In this document: in pieces, positions 1 to 10,700 of the stretch | How positions within the stretch are numbered: the stretch's first letter is position 1 | Layout: every line of letters begins with the position of its first letter | Origin: Verrucomicrobiia bacterium | GTDB taxonomy: Bacteria; Verrucomicrobiota; Verrucomicrobiia; Limisphaerales; UBA1319 | DNA: 64,000 nucleotides | Direction: 5' to 3' | Assembly (NCBI GenBank): GCA_963664225.1 | Contig: OY760937.1 | Coordinates: forward strand, 4,032,001-4,096,000 | Translations under genes and position numbers: made by a program | The notes under the pieces: model-generated | The model's database searches: none | What the model saw: only the letters and a program-made list of their open reading frames with translations | Told to the model about the DNA's origin: nothing

Positions 1-423
1 CTCCTGGCTGAATTGGGCGACCATGCCGATAAGGCCGGAACGCGCATTCTGCTCGAACCGCTGAACCGTCGCGAATGTCATTTCCTGCGCCAGTTGGCCG
101 ATGCCGCCGCCATTTGCCGCGATGTGAACAGCCCCGGCATTTGCCTGATGGGCGATTTCTGGCACATGACCTGGGAGGAAACCAGCGACATGGGTGCCTT
201 TATCTCCGCGGGCAAATACCTCCACCATGTTCATATCGCCAGCCGCAAGAACCGCCAGATGCCCGGCGAGGATGAAGGGGATAATTATGTGGATGGCTTC
301 AAGGGCTTGAAGATTATCGGCTACCATGACTACGTGAGCCTTGAATGCGGTTCCAAGGGGGATCGCACGAAGACCATCCCCGCCGCAGTCAAATTGATGA
401 AGGATAACTGGCAGGCCGCCTGA
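1..423 (+). CDS. Sugar phosphate isomerase/epimerase (xylose isomerase-like TIM barrel), 5' end outside the window
   Basis: Frame open from base 1; motifs LEPLNRRE, GDFWHM, HVHIA and VSLEC match the metal-binding pattern of AP_endonuc_2-type proteins. Confidence 0.85.
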   Translation, partial: LLAELGDHADKAGTRILLEPLNRRECHFLRQLADAAAICRDVNSPGICLMGDFWHMTWEETSDMGAFISAGKYLHHVHIASRKNRQMPGEDEGDNYVDGFKGLKIIGYHDYVSLECGSKGDRTKTIPAAVKLMKDNWQAA

Positions 424-449
424 TCGAGGATTTAATCCGTTTTTAGTGC

Positions 450-482
450 AAAAGCGTCTCCGTAATTGGAGGCGCTTTTTTT
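450..482 (+). terminator. Rho-independent terminator
   Basis: AAAGCGTCTCC-GTAATT-GGAGGCGCTTT hairpin followed by a T run. Confidence 0.8.
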
Positions 483-643
483 GGCGTGAACCGCAGAAGA
501 AGGGGCGGAATTGGAGTGAGAGTAATGTCTCGCTTAGGGGGGCGGTTTTGGGGTATTGTTGGTTAAGCCAGCCGTTGGCAGGCCGACTTATATTCGATGG
601 TTAAGGCGATGAGAATTGTTAGTTGAAGATGGTAGGAAACACC

Positions 644-1012
644 ATGAAATCCCCGCGAAAACCGAGTTTGTTCATGAAAGCAATCATGGCTTTGGCGGTA
701 TTTGTCGTGGTTTTCAGAGTGACTTTTCACTTTACCCCAGAAGGACGTCGTATGGCCAGGATTCATGCGGCCGGAGTTCATGCTGAGAAAGTGGTAGATC
801 CATTGCTGGCCAAACAGATCAGGTTTGAAAGTGTCAGAGCGAATGGGTCCTGGAGGGGGCAAGGGTATCTTCTAGTGGATGGTGTTGTCGATACCGAGGC
901 TGACTTGAAAGATTTGAAGCAATTGATATCGGACACGCATCCACCCGCGCCTGTCGATTGGGCTGTAATAGTTGTAGAACAAGCCACAAACAAGAGCAGG
1001 TTGAAACGATGA
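644..1012 (+). CDS. Hypothetical protein with an N-terminal membrane helix (weak BON-like C-terminal part)
   Basis: ATG at 644 after AGGA; hydrophobic segment AIMALAVFVVVF; LLVDGVVDTEADL resembles a BON beta-alpha unit; low GC. Confidence 0.55.
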   Translation: MKSPRKPSLFMKAIMALAVFVVVFRVTFHFTPEGRRMARIHAAGVHAEKVVDPLLAKQIRFESVRANGSWRGQGYLLVDGVVDTEADLKDLKQLISDTHPPAPVDWAVIVVEQATNKSRLKR

Positions 1013-1030
1013 TCTTATCAAACACAAGAA

Positions 1031-1327
1031 GTGCTCGCGCTATTCCGGTCCCGCAGGTTTTGGATTTGGTTCGTGTTGGCATGGCGGCCAGCCCTCTGTG
1101 CGATTGGTTATAGGGCGTGGGTTGGTTGCTCTATCGACTCCATCTTTGGAAGTGCGTTTCTTTCTGCGGGATTCGCTGCGATCCTTGTGCAGTCATTTCT
1201 GAGGCGGATGGTGATTTCAAATCTTGGCGTGTATCTACGAGAGTGGGAGCCGATCCGCTTTTGGTTGACCAATCTCCTGCTTATGGGGGGATATTGTTTT
1301 GTGATTTTTGCGATATTGAAAGCATGA
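1031..1327 (+). CDS. Small hypothetical membrane protein
   Basis: 98 aa with three hydrophobic segments, co-oriented 18 bp after the previous ORF. Confidence 0.5.
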   Translation: MLALFRSRRFWIWFVLAWRPALCAIGYRAWVGCSIDSIFGSAFLSAGFAAILVQSFLRRMVISNLGVYLREWEPIRFWLTNLLLMGGYCFVIFAILKA

Positions 1328-1639
1328 GATCGCTATGTTTCGAACCAGGGCCGAAGGATGGTTCGCGCCGTTGGCGCTTGTGGTGTTTTGGAATAACGTT
1401 TTCCTGGGCCTTTGGCCCTGTTGGTTAAAATGTGCTCTCATTTTTCACGCGGACGACGACCTTTGACCACGGAGCGTTCGATTCCGTAATCCTTTCTGCT
1501 ATTCGCTAGACTCGAAATGGGCAAGCGTCAGTCCAACAAAACGCCCCCCCTCACCATTCCTCAGTCCGTCATCAAATTGCGCCTCAACCGGTCAACAAAA
1601 AGAATTGTCGGAAGGGTTGGGTCACGGCAAACTGTGGGC

Positions 1640-2965
1640 ATGATGCGGCAGGTTAATTTAGGAATGATTGGCGGGGGCACTGTGGGCAGCGGCGTTTACA
1701 AGGCGCTGCACCACAATGGGAGCCTTATGGCGTCGCGTATTGGCGTGCGGGTGAATCTTCGCAAGGTGGCGGTCAAGGCGTTTGATGAACCGCGGCCCTA
1801 TCCCATTCCGCAGGAAGTCATGTCCACGGACTGGCGTAGCGTGGTCAATGATCCGGAGGTGCATATTGTGGCCGAACTCGCCGGGGGCACCACGATCGCG
1901 CGGGAGATGATTTTGACGGCGCTGCGGTTGGGCAAACCGGTGGTCACCGCCAACAAGGCGTTGCTTTCCGCCCACGGCGAGGAATTGTTCGCGGCGGCGC
2001 AGGAGCACGGGACGAATTTGTATTATGAGGCGAGCGTGGCCGGGGGCATCCCGATCATCAAAGCGGTGAGGGAGGGTTTCGTGGGAAACCGGATCACGCA
2101 CCTTTATGGAATCGTCAACGGCACCTGCAATTACATCCTGACCCGCATGAAATTGGAGGGGGTGGAGTTTGCCGATGTGCTCAAGGAGGCGCAGAAGCTT
2201 GGATACGCGGAGGCGGAACCCTCGCTGGACGTGGATGGCTTCGATTCGATGCACAAGATCGGGATTCTGGCCTCGCTGGCGCATGGTTTTTGGGTGAACC
2301 CCAAGTCCATTATGGTGGAGGGCATCCGGCACATCAGCCGCACGGATATTCAATTTGCCGGCCAGCTTGGATATACGATCAAGCTGCTGGGGATCATCAA
2401 GAAGGTTGCCTCGAAGGCCCAGGGCGGCAAGGGATCGCGCATCCAGGTGGCGGTGTATCCGGCGCTGATTCCCTCGAGCCATGTTCTGGCCAATGTGAAT
2501 CATGTGTTCAATGCGGTCTTCGTTCGCGGCGACGTCGTGGGCGACACTTTGTTTTATGGCAAAGGCGCGGGCATGGACGCCACGGCAAGCGCGGTGCTCA
2601 GCGACCTGGCCGATGCGGCGCTGGATTTGGATCAGGGAACCAAGCGACGCATTCCGCCCTTTGTGCCGCATGAACGCGAGGGTTCGGTGGCGCCCATTGA
2701 GGAGGCTGTGAGCCGTTATTATCTCCGCCTGAGCGTGGAGGATCGTCCGGGTGTTCTGGCGCAGATCGCCTCCATTCTGGGCGAATTGAATATCGGTATT
2801 TCCTCTGTGATTCAGCCCGAGAATCGCGAAAGCGGCGGTGTGCCGTTGATTTTGATGATGCACAGCGCACCGGATGCGGCCATGTCGCAGGCGCTGAAGA
2901 AGATCGGCGCCCTGTCGGTGGTGAAAGCGCCACCCGCCATGATCCGAGTTGAGAATATCGAGTAG
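1640..2965 (+). CDS. hom: Homoserine dehydrogenase with C-terminal ACT domain
   Basis: GMIGGGTVGSG Rossmann motif, VVTANKA, YEASVAGGIPII, GIVNGTCNYIL, GYAEAEP; ACT motif DRPGVLAQIA; start moved to ATG 1640. Confidence 0.96.
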   Translation: MMRQVNLGMIGGGTVGSGVYKALHHNGSLMASRIGVRVNLRKVAVKAFDEPRPYPIPQEVMSTDWRSVVNDPEVHIVAELAGGTTIAREMILTALRLGKPVVTANKALLSAHGEELFAAAQEHGTNLYYEASVAGGIPIIKAVREGFVGNRITHLYGIVNGTCNYILTRMKLEGVEFADVLKEAQKLGYAEAEPSLDVDGFDSMHKIGILASLAHGFWVNPKSIMVEGIRHISRTDIQFAGQLGYTIKLLGIIKKVASKAQGGKGSRIQVAVYPALIPSSHVLANVNHVFNAVFVRGDVVGDTLFYGKGAGMDATASAVLSDLADAALDLDQGTKRRIPPFVPHEREGSVAPIEEAVSRYYLRLSVEDRPGVLAQIASILGELNIGISSVIQPENRESGGVPLILMMHSAPDAAMSQALKKIGALSVVKAPPAMIRVENIE

Positions 2966-2992
2966 GCCAGGAACCGCTTTCCTGCGAGTGCC

Positions 2993-3028
2993 TTGGACTC
3001 GGCGCTTCGGCGTCGGGTCCAAATTTTT
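2993..3028 (+). terminator. Probable terminator after hom
   Basis: TTGGACTCGGCGC-TTCG-GCGTCGGGTCCAA hairpin (UUCG loop) followed by ATTTTT. Confidence 0.65.
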
Positions 3029-3217
3029 GTTGATGCGCGACGACGGACGCACTAAAAGAACCTCCCATTACGGTTGTTAGCCCGCAAAGCTTCATTAATT
3101 GGCGGCCCGCGAATAATTCAACGCGGTAAGCTTTCGCCTGAGCGTTCCCGGCAATCAAACCCAGGAGAACACCACAGGTTGCCATGGGATAACAGCCAAT
3201 GGATTGTGACGGATCAG

Positions 3218-4201
3218 ATGAAAATTCGGAAATCAGCAATTAAGAGTTTGAGCAGTAAATCGGTGAATGTCGCCCGGCGCTCTGTGCCGTTGGCAGTGGT
3301 TGTTTCTGCGGCGCTGGCCCAGGGGGTCGGCGCCACTGAGAACGTGGCACGTCGCCCCTTTGCGGAATGGGCGGATCTGCCCGGGCAAGGTCAATTCGTG
3401 GTGTCGCCCTGGTATATGGAGGCCGAGGGATACCATATCTGGAGAGGCAGTACGCGCGAAGACGTCAATGTGATTCGCAAGGGTGAGGACTATGGGGTTG
3501 ATTCGATGAACGGCATCATCGGATTCCAATACGGCATCGCGCCGAAATGGGCGGCGGATTTGAATATCGGCATTGGCACCGTGGGCACGCGCTCCTTCAA
3601 CGCGGCGGGGGAATCCCAATCCACCACGGGATTGATGGACACCTCGGCGGGTGTGCGTTATCAGATTTTCAACGAGGCCGAAGCCACCTCCTGCTGGACG
3701 CCGACTCTGACCGTGCGGTTTGCCGGAATCGTGCCGGGCAGCTACGAAAAGGATTTTCCGTTTGCGCCGGGTAATCATTCGGCGGCCATTGAACCTTCTT
3801 TGCTGGCGAAGAAACATTTTGGCTGGACCGGTTTTGGCGCTTACGCTGATACCTATTTCCGCTGGATGCGCACCAGCGGCGATGACCAGTACATGGCTTC
3901 CGCCGGATTCTTCCAGGAGATCAAGAATTGGACCCTGGACGTGGGCTACCGCCATTTCCAGATGCTGTCTGGCGAGGACATCACGCGCAATGGATATGCG
4001 ATCTGCTATTCGCCCCAAATCAAGGAAATCAGCGAATCGATTCAGGCGGGCTTCAACTACCGGACCACGAGTAAAAAGTACAATTACGGCTTCCAGATGA
4101 GCAAGACAGTGGATGGCCGGAACACCGATTCAGCCTTCTGGCTGGGCGTTTATGCGGATTTCACGTTTGGTGGAATCAAAAAAAAGGACGCTGTCGAATA
4201 A
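3218..4201 (+). CDS. Putative outer-membrane beta-barrel transporter-like protein
   Basis: Signal peptide (LAVVVSAALAQGVGA); amphipathic aromatic-rich strands (GLMDTSAGVRYQ, TLDVGYRH, LGVYADFTF); start estimated. Confidence 0.65.
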   Translation: MKIRKSAIKSLSSKSVNVARRSVPLAVVVSAALAQGVGATENVARRPFAEWADLPGQGQFVVSPWYMEAEGYHIWRGSTREDVNVIRKGEDYGVDSMNGIIGFQYGIAPKWAADLNIGIGTVGTRSFNAAGESQSTTGLMDTSAGVRYQIFNEAEATSCWTPTLTVRFAGIVPGSYEKDFPFAPGNHSAAIEPSLLAKKHFGWTGFGAYADTYFRWMRTSGDDQYMASAGFFQEIKNWTLDVGYRHFQMLSGEDITRNGYAICYSPQIKEISESIQAGFNYRTTSKKYNYGFQMSKTVDGRNTDSAFWLGVYADFTFGGIKKKDAVE

Positions 4202-4228
4202 AATTGCGCGAGCCTTGATTTTAAAATG

Positions 4229-4260
4229 AAAAAACCACGCCGTTCCAAGCGTGGTTTTTT
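4229..4260. terminator. Bidirectional terminator between convergent genes
   Basis: A run-CCACGC-CGTTCCAA-GCGTGG-T run. Confidence 0.8.
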
Positions 4261-4280
4261 AATGCCCTCAAAAAATCATA

Positions 4281-6239
4281 TCACGGGTTGAGATGATACC
4301 GGCGGCCCATGTATAGGATATCGGCAATTTGATAAAGGGCCATTGCGTCCTTCGCGAACTCAACGTCTTCGGGCGTCGGAGAGGTCAGGGGGGCCATATC
4401 GACTTTTTTGGGATCGCCGGTGTAGTATTCCACGCGGTCCATTAACCCCAAAACCACGAGCCGTTCCCTTGCGTAAAGCGCGATGTCGCGATTGTGATTC
4501 AAGTAGGCCCTTGGCTGGAGATCATCCGGCTTGAGCATGTCCCTTCCGAAGAAAAGCGATGTATAGGGGCGTCCGATCAGGCCCAGAATGGTCGGGGATA
4601 CATCCAGAGAACCGCCCAGCCTGCCAATACGCTGGGGGGCTTTCACAACGGCCGGACCGGCGATGACCAGGGGGATTTCATACGAATGAATGGGAACGCT
4701 CTGGCTGCCATAAACGCGGGCCCCGTGGTCGGCGACCACGGCAAAAACCGTGTTGGTCCAGAACGCCTCCTTTTTGGCCATGGCAAAGAACTGGCCCAGG
4801 CAGTAATCGGAATATTTGACGGCGTGCTCCCGCCTGCGCATGTTCGGGTCTTCGGGAATGCGGCCTGTGGGATACGTGTAGGGCTTGTGATTTGAGACGG
4901 AGAGGATCGTGCCCAGGAAGGGTTTTCCCATTTTATTCATCTCCCGAAATTCCTCGATGGCGCGCTTGAATACATCCTCGTCGCAAACCCCCCAAATGGT
5001 GGTGAAAGTCGGTTTTTCAAAATTCTTTTGCTCGATGAACCGGTCATAGCCGTTATTCATCGTGAACGAGCGCATCCCATCGAAGAGGCCGCGCCCGCCA
5101 TACAGGAAGAGGGTGGAATAACCGTCCCGCTTGAGGACGCGGGCAATGGTTTCCACGTTGTCCGACAAATCCCGCTTCACGATGGAATCGCCCGGCAAGG
5201 GCGGGAATGATGAGAGCACGCCCTCAAAGCCGCGCACCGTGCGGTTGCCCGAAGCGAAGAGATTGGTGAAAAGCAGGCCTTGTTCGCCGGCCAGCCGATC
5301 CATTTCCGGCGTCAGATTTTCATTGGTGCTTCCCAGGGATCCCCAAAACTCCGAGCCCAGGCTTTCCTCCAGGAATATGACCACATTCAGCCGCGGCCGG
5401 GTCGGATCGCCCTCTATTTTGCGCTCGATGGACTGGCCTTCACTGGTGAACTTTGCTCCGGGTTCCTCGAAAAGCTTGCGGGCGCGTTGCCAGGCTTCCT
5501 CCTGGGGAAGCGTTTTGTAAAAGGCGGCGTAATCCAGGTGGCGAGTCCAGAAGGCGGAGAAAAACGACATGGCGCCGTTATTGGCCATTTCGTTGATGAT
5601 GCGATCCTGGCTGACATGCGGGCTTTTGAGGCTGAGTGTTGAAGCCATGGCAACAAACAAGGCGCAGCAGCCCACCACGATGGCGAAGCTGCGCAGTCGG
5701 CTCACGCGCCGCATCCACATGCCGGAAAACGTCCAGAAGGCCCAAAACACCCACGCCAGGCTCAGGGCCGCGCAGATGGCCACCACGAGAACGACCGGGT
5801 AGGTGTCCCAGATGTTGATGAACACTTCGTGAGGATAGAGCAGGTAATCCACCGCCACGGTGTTGTAGCGGGATCGAAATTCCTCGAAGAAGAAATATTC
5901 CGCGGCGACGGTGAATATCTGGATGAACCAAAAAAGGAACAGCCCGCCGCCCAGCAGAACCCGATGCCACCATTTGGGAAACCAGCGTTCCGGAACCAGG
6001 AAAAACCAGCCCAGCAGGGGCAGGGTCATCAGCAGGGCCACGGTGAAATCCCGTTGCAGGCCCGTCAGGAACATCCGGCCAATCTCGGAGGCCGCCGGCA
6101 TCACGGCCGGATGGAAAACGCCAAACAGGATCGCCCGTAGCAGGGAGAAAAAAAGGATCAGGCAGATCCCAAACGCGGTGGCCAGGCCGTAACGGGACTG
6201 ACGCCAGCCCCGGCTTTTAATTTGTGGTTCGGCGTCCAT
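4281..6239 (-). CDS. LTA synthase/phosphoglycerol transferase-family membrane sulfatase
   Basis: About 5 N-terminal TM helices, then an alkaline-phosphatase-superfamily domain: NVVIFLEES, GNRTVRG (Thr nucleophile), SNHKPY, VADHG. Confidence 0.9.
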   Translation of the reverse strand: MDAEPQIKSRGWRQSRYGLATAFGICLILFFSLLRAILFGVFHPAVMPAASEIGRMFLTGLQRDFTVALLMTLPLLGWFFLVPERWFPKWWHRVLLGGGLFLFWFIQIFTVAAEYFFFEEFRSRYNTVAVDYLLYPHEVFINIWDTYPVVLVVAICAALSLAWVFWAFWTFSGMWMRRVSRLRSFAIVVGCCALFVAMASTLSLKSPHVSQDRIINEMANNGAMSFFSAFWTRHLDYAAFYKTLPQEEAWQRARKLFEEPGAKFTSEGQSIERKIEGDPTRPRLNVVIFLEESLGSEFWGSLGSTNENLTPEMDRLAGEQGLLFTNLFASGNRTVRGFEGVLSSFPPLPGDSIVKRDLSDNVETIARVLKRDGYSTLFLYGGRGLFDGMRSFTMNNGYDRFIEQKNFEKPTFTTIWGVCDEDVFKRAIEEFREMNKMGKPFLGTILSVSNHKPYTYPTGRIPEDPNMRRREHAVKYSDYCLGQFFAMAKKEAFWTNTVFAVVADHGARVYGSQSVPIHSYEIPLVIAGPAVVKAPQRIGRLGGSLDVSPTILGLIGRPYTSLFFGRDMLKPDDLQPRAYLNHNRDIALYARERLVVLGLMDRVEYYTGDPKKVDMAPLTSPTPEDVEFAKDAMALYQIADILYMGRRYHLNP

Positions 6240-6406
6240 AGATGCAATATATCGATATACCCAGATTTGTCAGACTGTAATCTTCCCCCGTCATTTGTCC
6301 ATCTGAACAACGATATTTTGGGTGTCAAGCTCATGACGTCCTGATGCATTGTCAAGATGCGCGCTTGCCAAACGGGCTGGGATTTTTTTATATCATGGGT
6401 TCAACA

Positions 6407-7624
6407 ATGGCACTCATTGTACAAAAATATGGCGGAACGTCCGTCGGGAACCCCGACCGCATCAAAAATGTGGCGGCCCGCGTGGCGCGATATCGGGCGG
6501 CAGGCGACCAGGTGGTGGTCGTGGTGTCGGCGATGAGCGGAGTCACTGACGGGCTGATCAAAATGGCGCGGGAGATCATGCCGCTGCCGACCGAGCGTGA
6601 AATGGACATGCTGCTGGCCACGGGCGAGCAGACGACCATTGCGCTGACGGCCATGGCGCTCCAGAGCATTGGGGTCAAAGCCGTGTCGCTGACGGGCGCG
6701 CAGGCCGGTATCGTCACCGACGGGGTGCATACGAAGGCGAAGATTCAAAATATCACGCCCAGGAAAATTCATGAGTATTTGAACGCGGGCCAGGTGGTGA
6801 TCGTGGCCGGTTTCCAGGGGCAAACGTCCGAGGGACAGATCACGACACTGGGCCGTGGAGGTTCTGACCTGACGGCCATTGCGCTGGCGGCGGCATTGAA
6901 GGCCAGTTTATGCCAGATTTACACCGATGTGGATGGGGTTTACACGGCGGATCCTCGAGTGGTGCCCGCCGCCCGCAAGCTGGACGAGATTTCCTATGAT
7001 GAAATGCTCGAACTGGCCAGCCTGGGCGCCAAGGTGATGCAGTCCCGCTCCGTGGAGTTTGCCAAGAAATTTGGCGTTATTTTTGAAGTGCGGTCCAGTT
7101 TGAACGATAATCCGGGAACGATTGTGAAAGAGGAAACCAAAAACATGGAGGACGTCGTCATTCGCGGCGTCTCGCTCGACAAGAACCAGGCCAAGGTGAC
7201 GTTGGTGGGCGTGCCGGACCGGCCCGGTGTCGCTTCGCGCATATTCAACGCACTGGCCGCCGCGGCGGTGAATGTCGATATGATCGTCCAAAACGTCAGT
7301 CATGGCGCGGGGGTTCAGGCCACGGACCTGTCGTTCACAATGGATAAGCCGGACTTGTTGAAGGCGCAAAAAGTGATCGAAAGCCTCAAGGCGGAGATCG
7401 GCTACACGATGGTGAGCGCGGACGAGAAGATCGGCAAGCTCTCGATCGTGGGCGTGGGCATGCGCAGTCATTCCGGCGTTGCCGCCAAGATGTTCGAGAC
7501 CCTGGCCAAGGAAGGGGTGAACATCGACATGATCTCGACCAGCGAAATCAAGATTTCCGTGGTGATCTCACTGGCCCGTGGCGATGCGGCGATGAAAGCC
7601 GTGCATGCTGCTTTCCTGGGATAG
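6407..7624 (+). CDS. lysC: Aspartate kinase
   Basis: LIVQKYGGTSV, VVSAMSG, TTLGRGGSD, YTDVDGVYTADP, two ACT domains, ISTSEIKIS. Confidence 0.97.
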   Translation: MALIVQKYGGTSVGNPDRIKNVAARVARYRAAGDQVVVVVSAMSGVTDGLIKMAREIMPLPTEREMDMLLATGEQTTIALTAMALQSIGVKAVSLTGAQAGIVTDGVHTKAKIQNITPRKIHEYLNAGQVVIVAGFQGQTSEGQITTLGRGGSDLTAIALAAALKASLCQIYTDVDGVYTADPRVVPAARKLDEISYDEMLELASLGAKVMQSRSVEFAKKFGVIFEVRSSLNDNPGTIVKEETKNMEDVVIRGVSLDKNQAKVTLVGVPDRPGVASRIFNALAAAAVNVDMIVQNVSHGAGVQATDLSFTMDKPDLLKAQKVIESLKAEIGYTMVSADEKIGKLSIVGVGMRSHSGVAAKMFETLAKEGVNIDMISTSEIKISVVISLARGDAAMKAVHAAFLG

Positions 7625-7655
7625 TGACGGCAGGATCACGATTTGTTTTAAAGCG

Positions 7656-7698
7656 AAGAGGCCTGGCGTCTGGTGAAAACCCAGGCCAGGCCTTTTTT
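7656..7698 (+). terminator. Rho-independent terminator after lysC
   Basis: AGGCCTGGC...GCCAGGCCT stem followed by a T run. Confidence 0.8.
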
Positions 7699-7757
7699 GT
7701 TGAGTCAATTGGCTTTCCTCCTGAATAGATGACTCCTTCAGGCGTCCAATCAGTTCA

Positions 7758-10700
7758 ATGAAGCCTCATCCGATTTACTCTCTGGAGTTCCATGCCTTGC
7801 GACGTGGGCGCATGCTGATGGCCAGCGGGGTGGCGGGGCTGCTGGGAATTGGAATCGTAATGGTCTCCCTTGCCAATGCGGGCGAATCACCCGCCCGGTG
7901 GTCGTGGCAGGAACCGCAGGCAAAAGTCCTGCCAACCGGGGACATCGAGTTGGTCCAAAAACCCTTCGACTTCAAACCGGGCTCATCGATACGTTATGTC
8001 GATTTCGACCAGGGCGCCGACACCAACGACGGCCTCTCGAAGCAGTCTCCCTGGAAACACCATCCCTGGGATCCCAACGCCACCGATCAGGCGAAGACCT
8101 GCAAAAGTTCTCAAACCTACGTGTTCAAGCAGGGTGTGGTTTATCGCGGAGAATTGACCGCCAACGAGTCGGGCACTCCGGCCAGTCCAATCATTCTGAC
8201 ACGCGACCCCAATTGGGGCGTGGGGTCGGCCGTCCTCAGCGGCTCGGAAGTGATGACAGGCTGGAAGAAGGGCGCGGATAACGTGTCCATTCCTGAGCGC
8301 GAAAGGGTCTGGTATGTGGACCTCGACTGGGCGCCACGGAACGTCTGGATGGTGGGCCAGGACGATGCGGTGACGCGTGTGGCGCTGGCCCGCACCCCGA
8401 ATTGGAACATCACCGATCCGGACGACATCAAGAGCGAATGGTGGACCTGGAAGAATCCCGACAAGCCATTTGACAATTACACCACCGTGAAAGGTCAGCG
8501 GCGGCATCTCGCGTTCGACAGGGAGCGCATCAACACCAACCAGCCCCAGGATTACTACGAAGGCGCCATTGTCTGGACCACCAAGGGCTGGGTGATGGGC
8601 AGCCCGTTCCAGGCCAACGTCATCGCAGCAGACCGGGAAAAAGGTTCACTGACTTTTGCCTGTCAATGGGGCGGCGAACCCTCCTACAAAATCATCCGCG
8701 GCTGCAAGTATTATCTCGAAGACAAGCCGCATTACCTCGACAGTCCCGGCGAGTTTTGGTTCGACAAAAAGGGCGGGGGCGGTCGTCTCTATATACGCCT
8801 GCCCGGCGACCAGGATCCGAACACGGTCCGCGTCGAAGTGGCCAAACGCGTTCACATGATCGAAAGCCGGGGCATGAGCCATGTGCGCGTGAGTGGACTC
8901 ACCTTTCGCTTCCCCAATATCATCTGGAACCTGACCGCCGCGCCTTACTGGGTGTCCCACGAAAGCATCGATGCGGAACCGGGCTGTGTGCGGTTGCTGG
9001 GCAGCGGCACAAACATCATGGTGGATCACTGTGTTTTCGAGCATGTTCACAAGGGCGTTCGCATTAAGGCCGTCGGTTCTTCTGACGCCATCGACAAGGT
9101 GGCGGTGGAGGATAACGTGTTCACCGACGCGGATTCGGGCGGTGCCGAGATCGGCGATGGCACCACCTACGGGGACGTGGCCGATCCGATGGGCCGCCTC
9201 TACGACGTCCGCGTGATGCGAAACAAGTTCGACCACATCGGCATTCGTCCCGACCTCTTTGGCAAGGGCGGATCGCTCACGGTTGATTATGCCGCGACCG
9301 TGGAAGTGGCGGGAAACGTGTTTGACCGGGTGTGCGCCCAGGGAGTTGATGTCCATGGTGCCAAGGCGAATGACGCGGCCACGGACCGGCCCTTCACCCG
9401 CATTCTCATCCACCATAACAAGGCGGTCGATACATTGCTCAACGTGGACGACTTCGGCGGCATCGAAACCTGGCAGGGCGGCCCGGCTTATGTCTATGAC
9501 AACATTTCGGGCAATCCCGGCGGCTATCGCAGTTGGGATCATGAGTTGAATCCCAATGCGGAAAATCGCTTCGGTCACGCCTATTATCTGGACGGCGCGT
9601 TCAAGAATTACCACTTCAACAACATCGCCTGGGGCAAGTCCAAGGGACCTGCGGGCAAGCTGGCGAACACTGCGGCGTTTCAGGAGATCATCAGTTACCA
9701 GAACACGTTCTTCAATAACACGATTTTCAACTTTGTGACCGGATCGCGCCGCCAGGCGCCCCAGGCGGGACAGGTCAAGTTCCTGGGCAATATCTGGCAG
9801 GGCATGGGTTACCGCGTCTTCCGCGATGCCGATCCCGCCCGCACCGCCGCCGCAGGCAACGAGGCCGATGCCGGCCGTCGTGCCGATGAATATGCCATCG
9901 ATACGGATGCCTATGCGCGCAACGTCTTCCACGATCTCGGGGATGAATTCGGTGTGCTCGAATCTTCCGGGCGGTGGATCAAGACTCTTCCGGAGTTCCA
10001 GAAAACCCTGGGAAATTACAAACCGCTGGCTGCGGAGGTGGGTATCATGGCCGATCAACCGCCCCTGCGCGATGCCGCGGCTCACGACTTCCATCCTTCC
10101 ACCAACTCGGCGGCGCGCGGTCGGGGCGCAAAAGTCTTTGTTCCATGGAGCCTTTACGAGACTGTGGGCGAATGGAATTTTCATCCGATCCAGGGCGATC
10201 CGACCCGCATCCTGGACGATCATTGGTGCATGTCCGCCTATTACACGGGCAGGGACGATTATTACAAGCAGCCTGTTTATCCGCTCAAAGGCATCAACAT
10301 CGGCTTGCAGGATTACCAGAATGGTCCGCTGGAGAACTGGACCACGGGCGCCCTGCACTTCAACGGAACCAATCAATATGCCGTTTTGGGGAATGAGGAA
10401 CTCGGCCGCACGGTCAACATCGACGCACGGGGACGCAGCGGCAGCGTGAAACGCACGGTCAGCGGCGCGGAATTAAGCAGCCCGCAAATCCACACCTCAA
10501 ACTTCCTGATCGAGGCCTTCTTTAAGACAGCGGCGGGACAGACCGATGCACCATTGATCCAGAAAATGACCACCGCTGGCTGGAGCCTGGACGTGAATCC
10601 ATCCGGAGGCGTGACGTTGAAGGCGAAAACGACCAATGCCACCGCCAGTCTGGCCAGTCGCCGGGTCGTCAACGATGGCCAATGGCACCATTTAATTGCG

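Noticed and set aside
1338..1380. attC-like element (CGAACCA…TGGTTCG…GTTGGCG)
   Set aside because: Too short for an attC site, no second copy and no integrase in the window.
1469..1488. tRNA T-loop-like GTTCGATTCC
   Set aside because: The flanking bases do not form a T stem and no cloverleaf can be built.
1658..3052. Long antisense ORFs (also 8646-10376, 22431-23648, 24050-25048, 29871-31577, 37695-39287, 44714-45793, 51622-52893, 53794-54741)
   Set aside because: They overlap well-supported genes on the opposite strand and have no motifs; this is the expected shadow of GC-rich codon usage.
6267..6281. Pho-box-like TTGTCAG/CTGTAAT upstream of the LTA-synthase-like gene
   Set aside because: The half-sites are 8 bp apart rather than 11.
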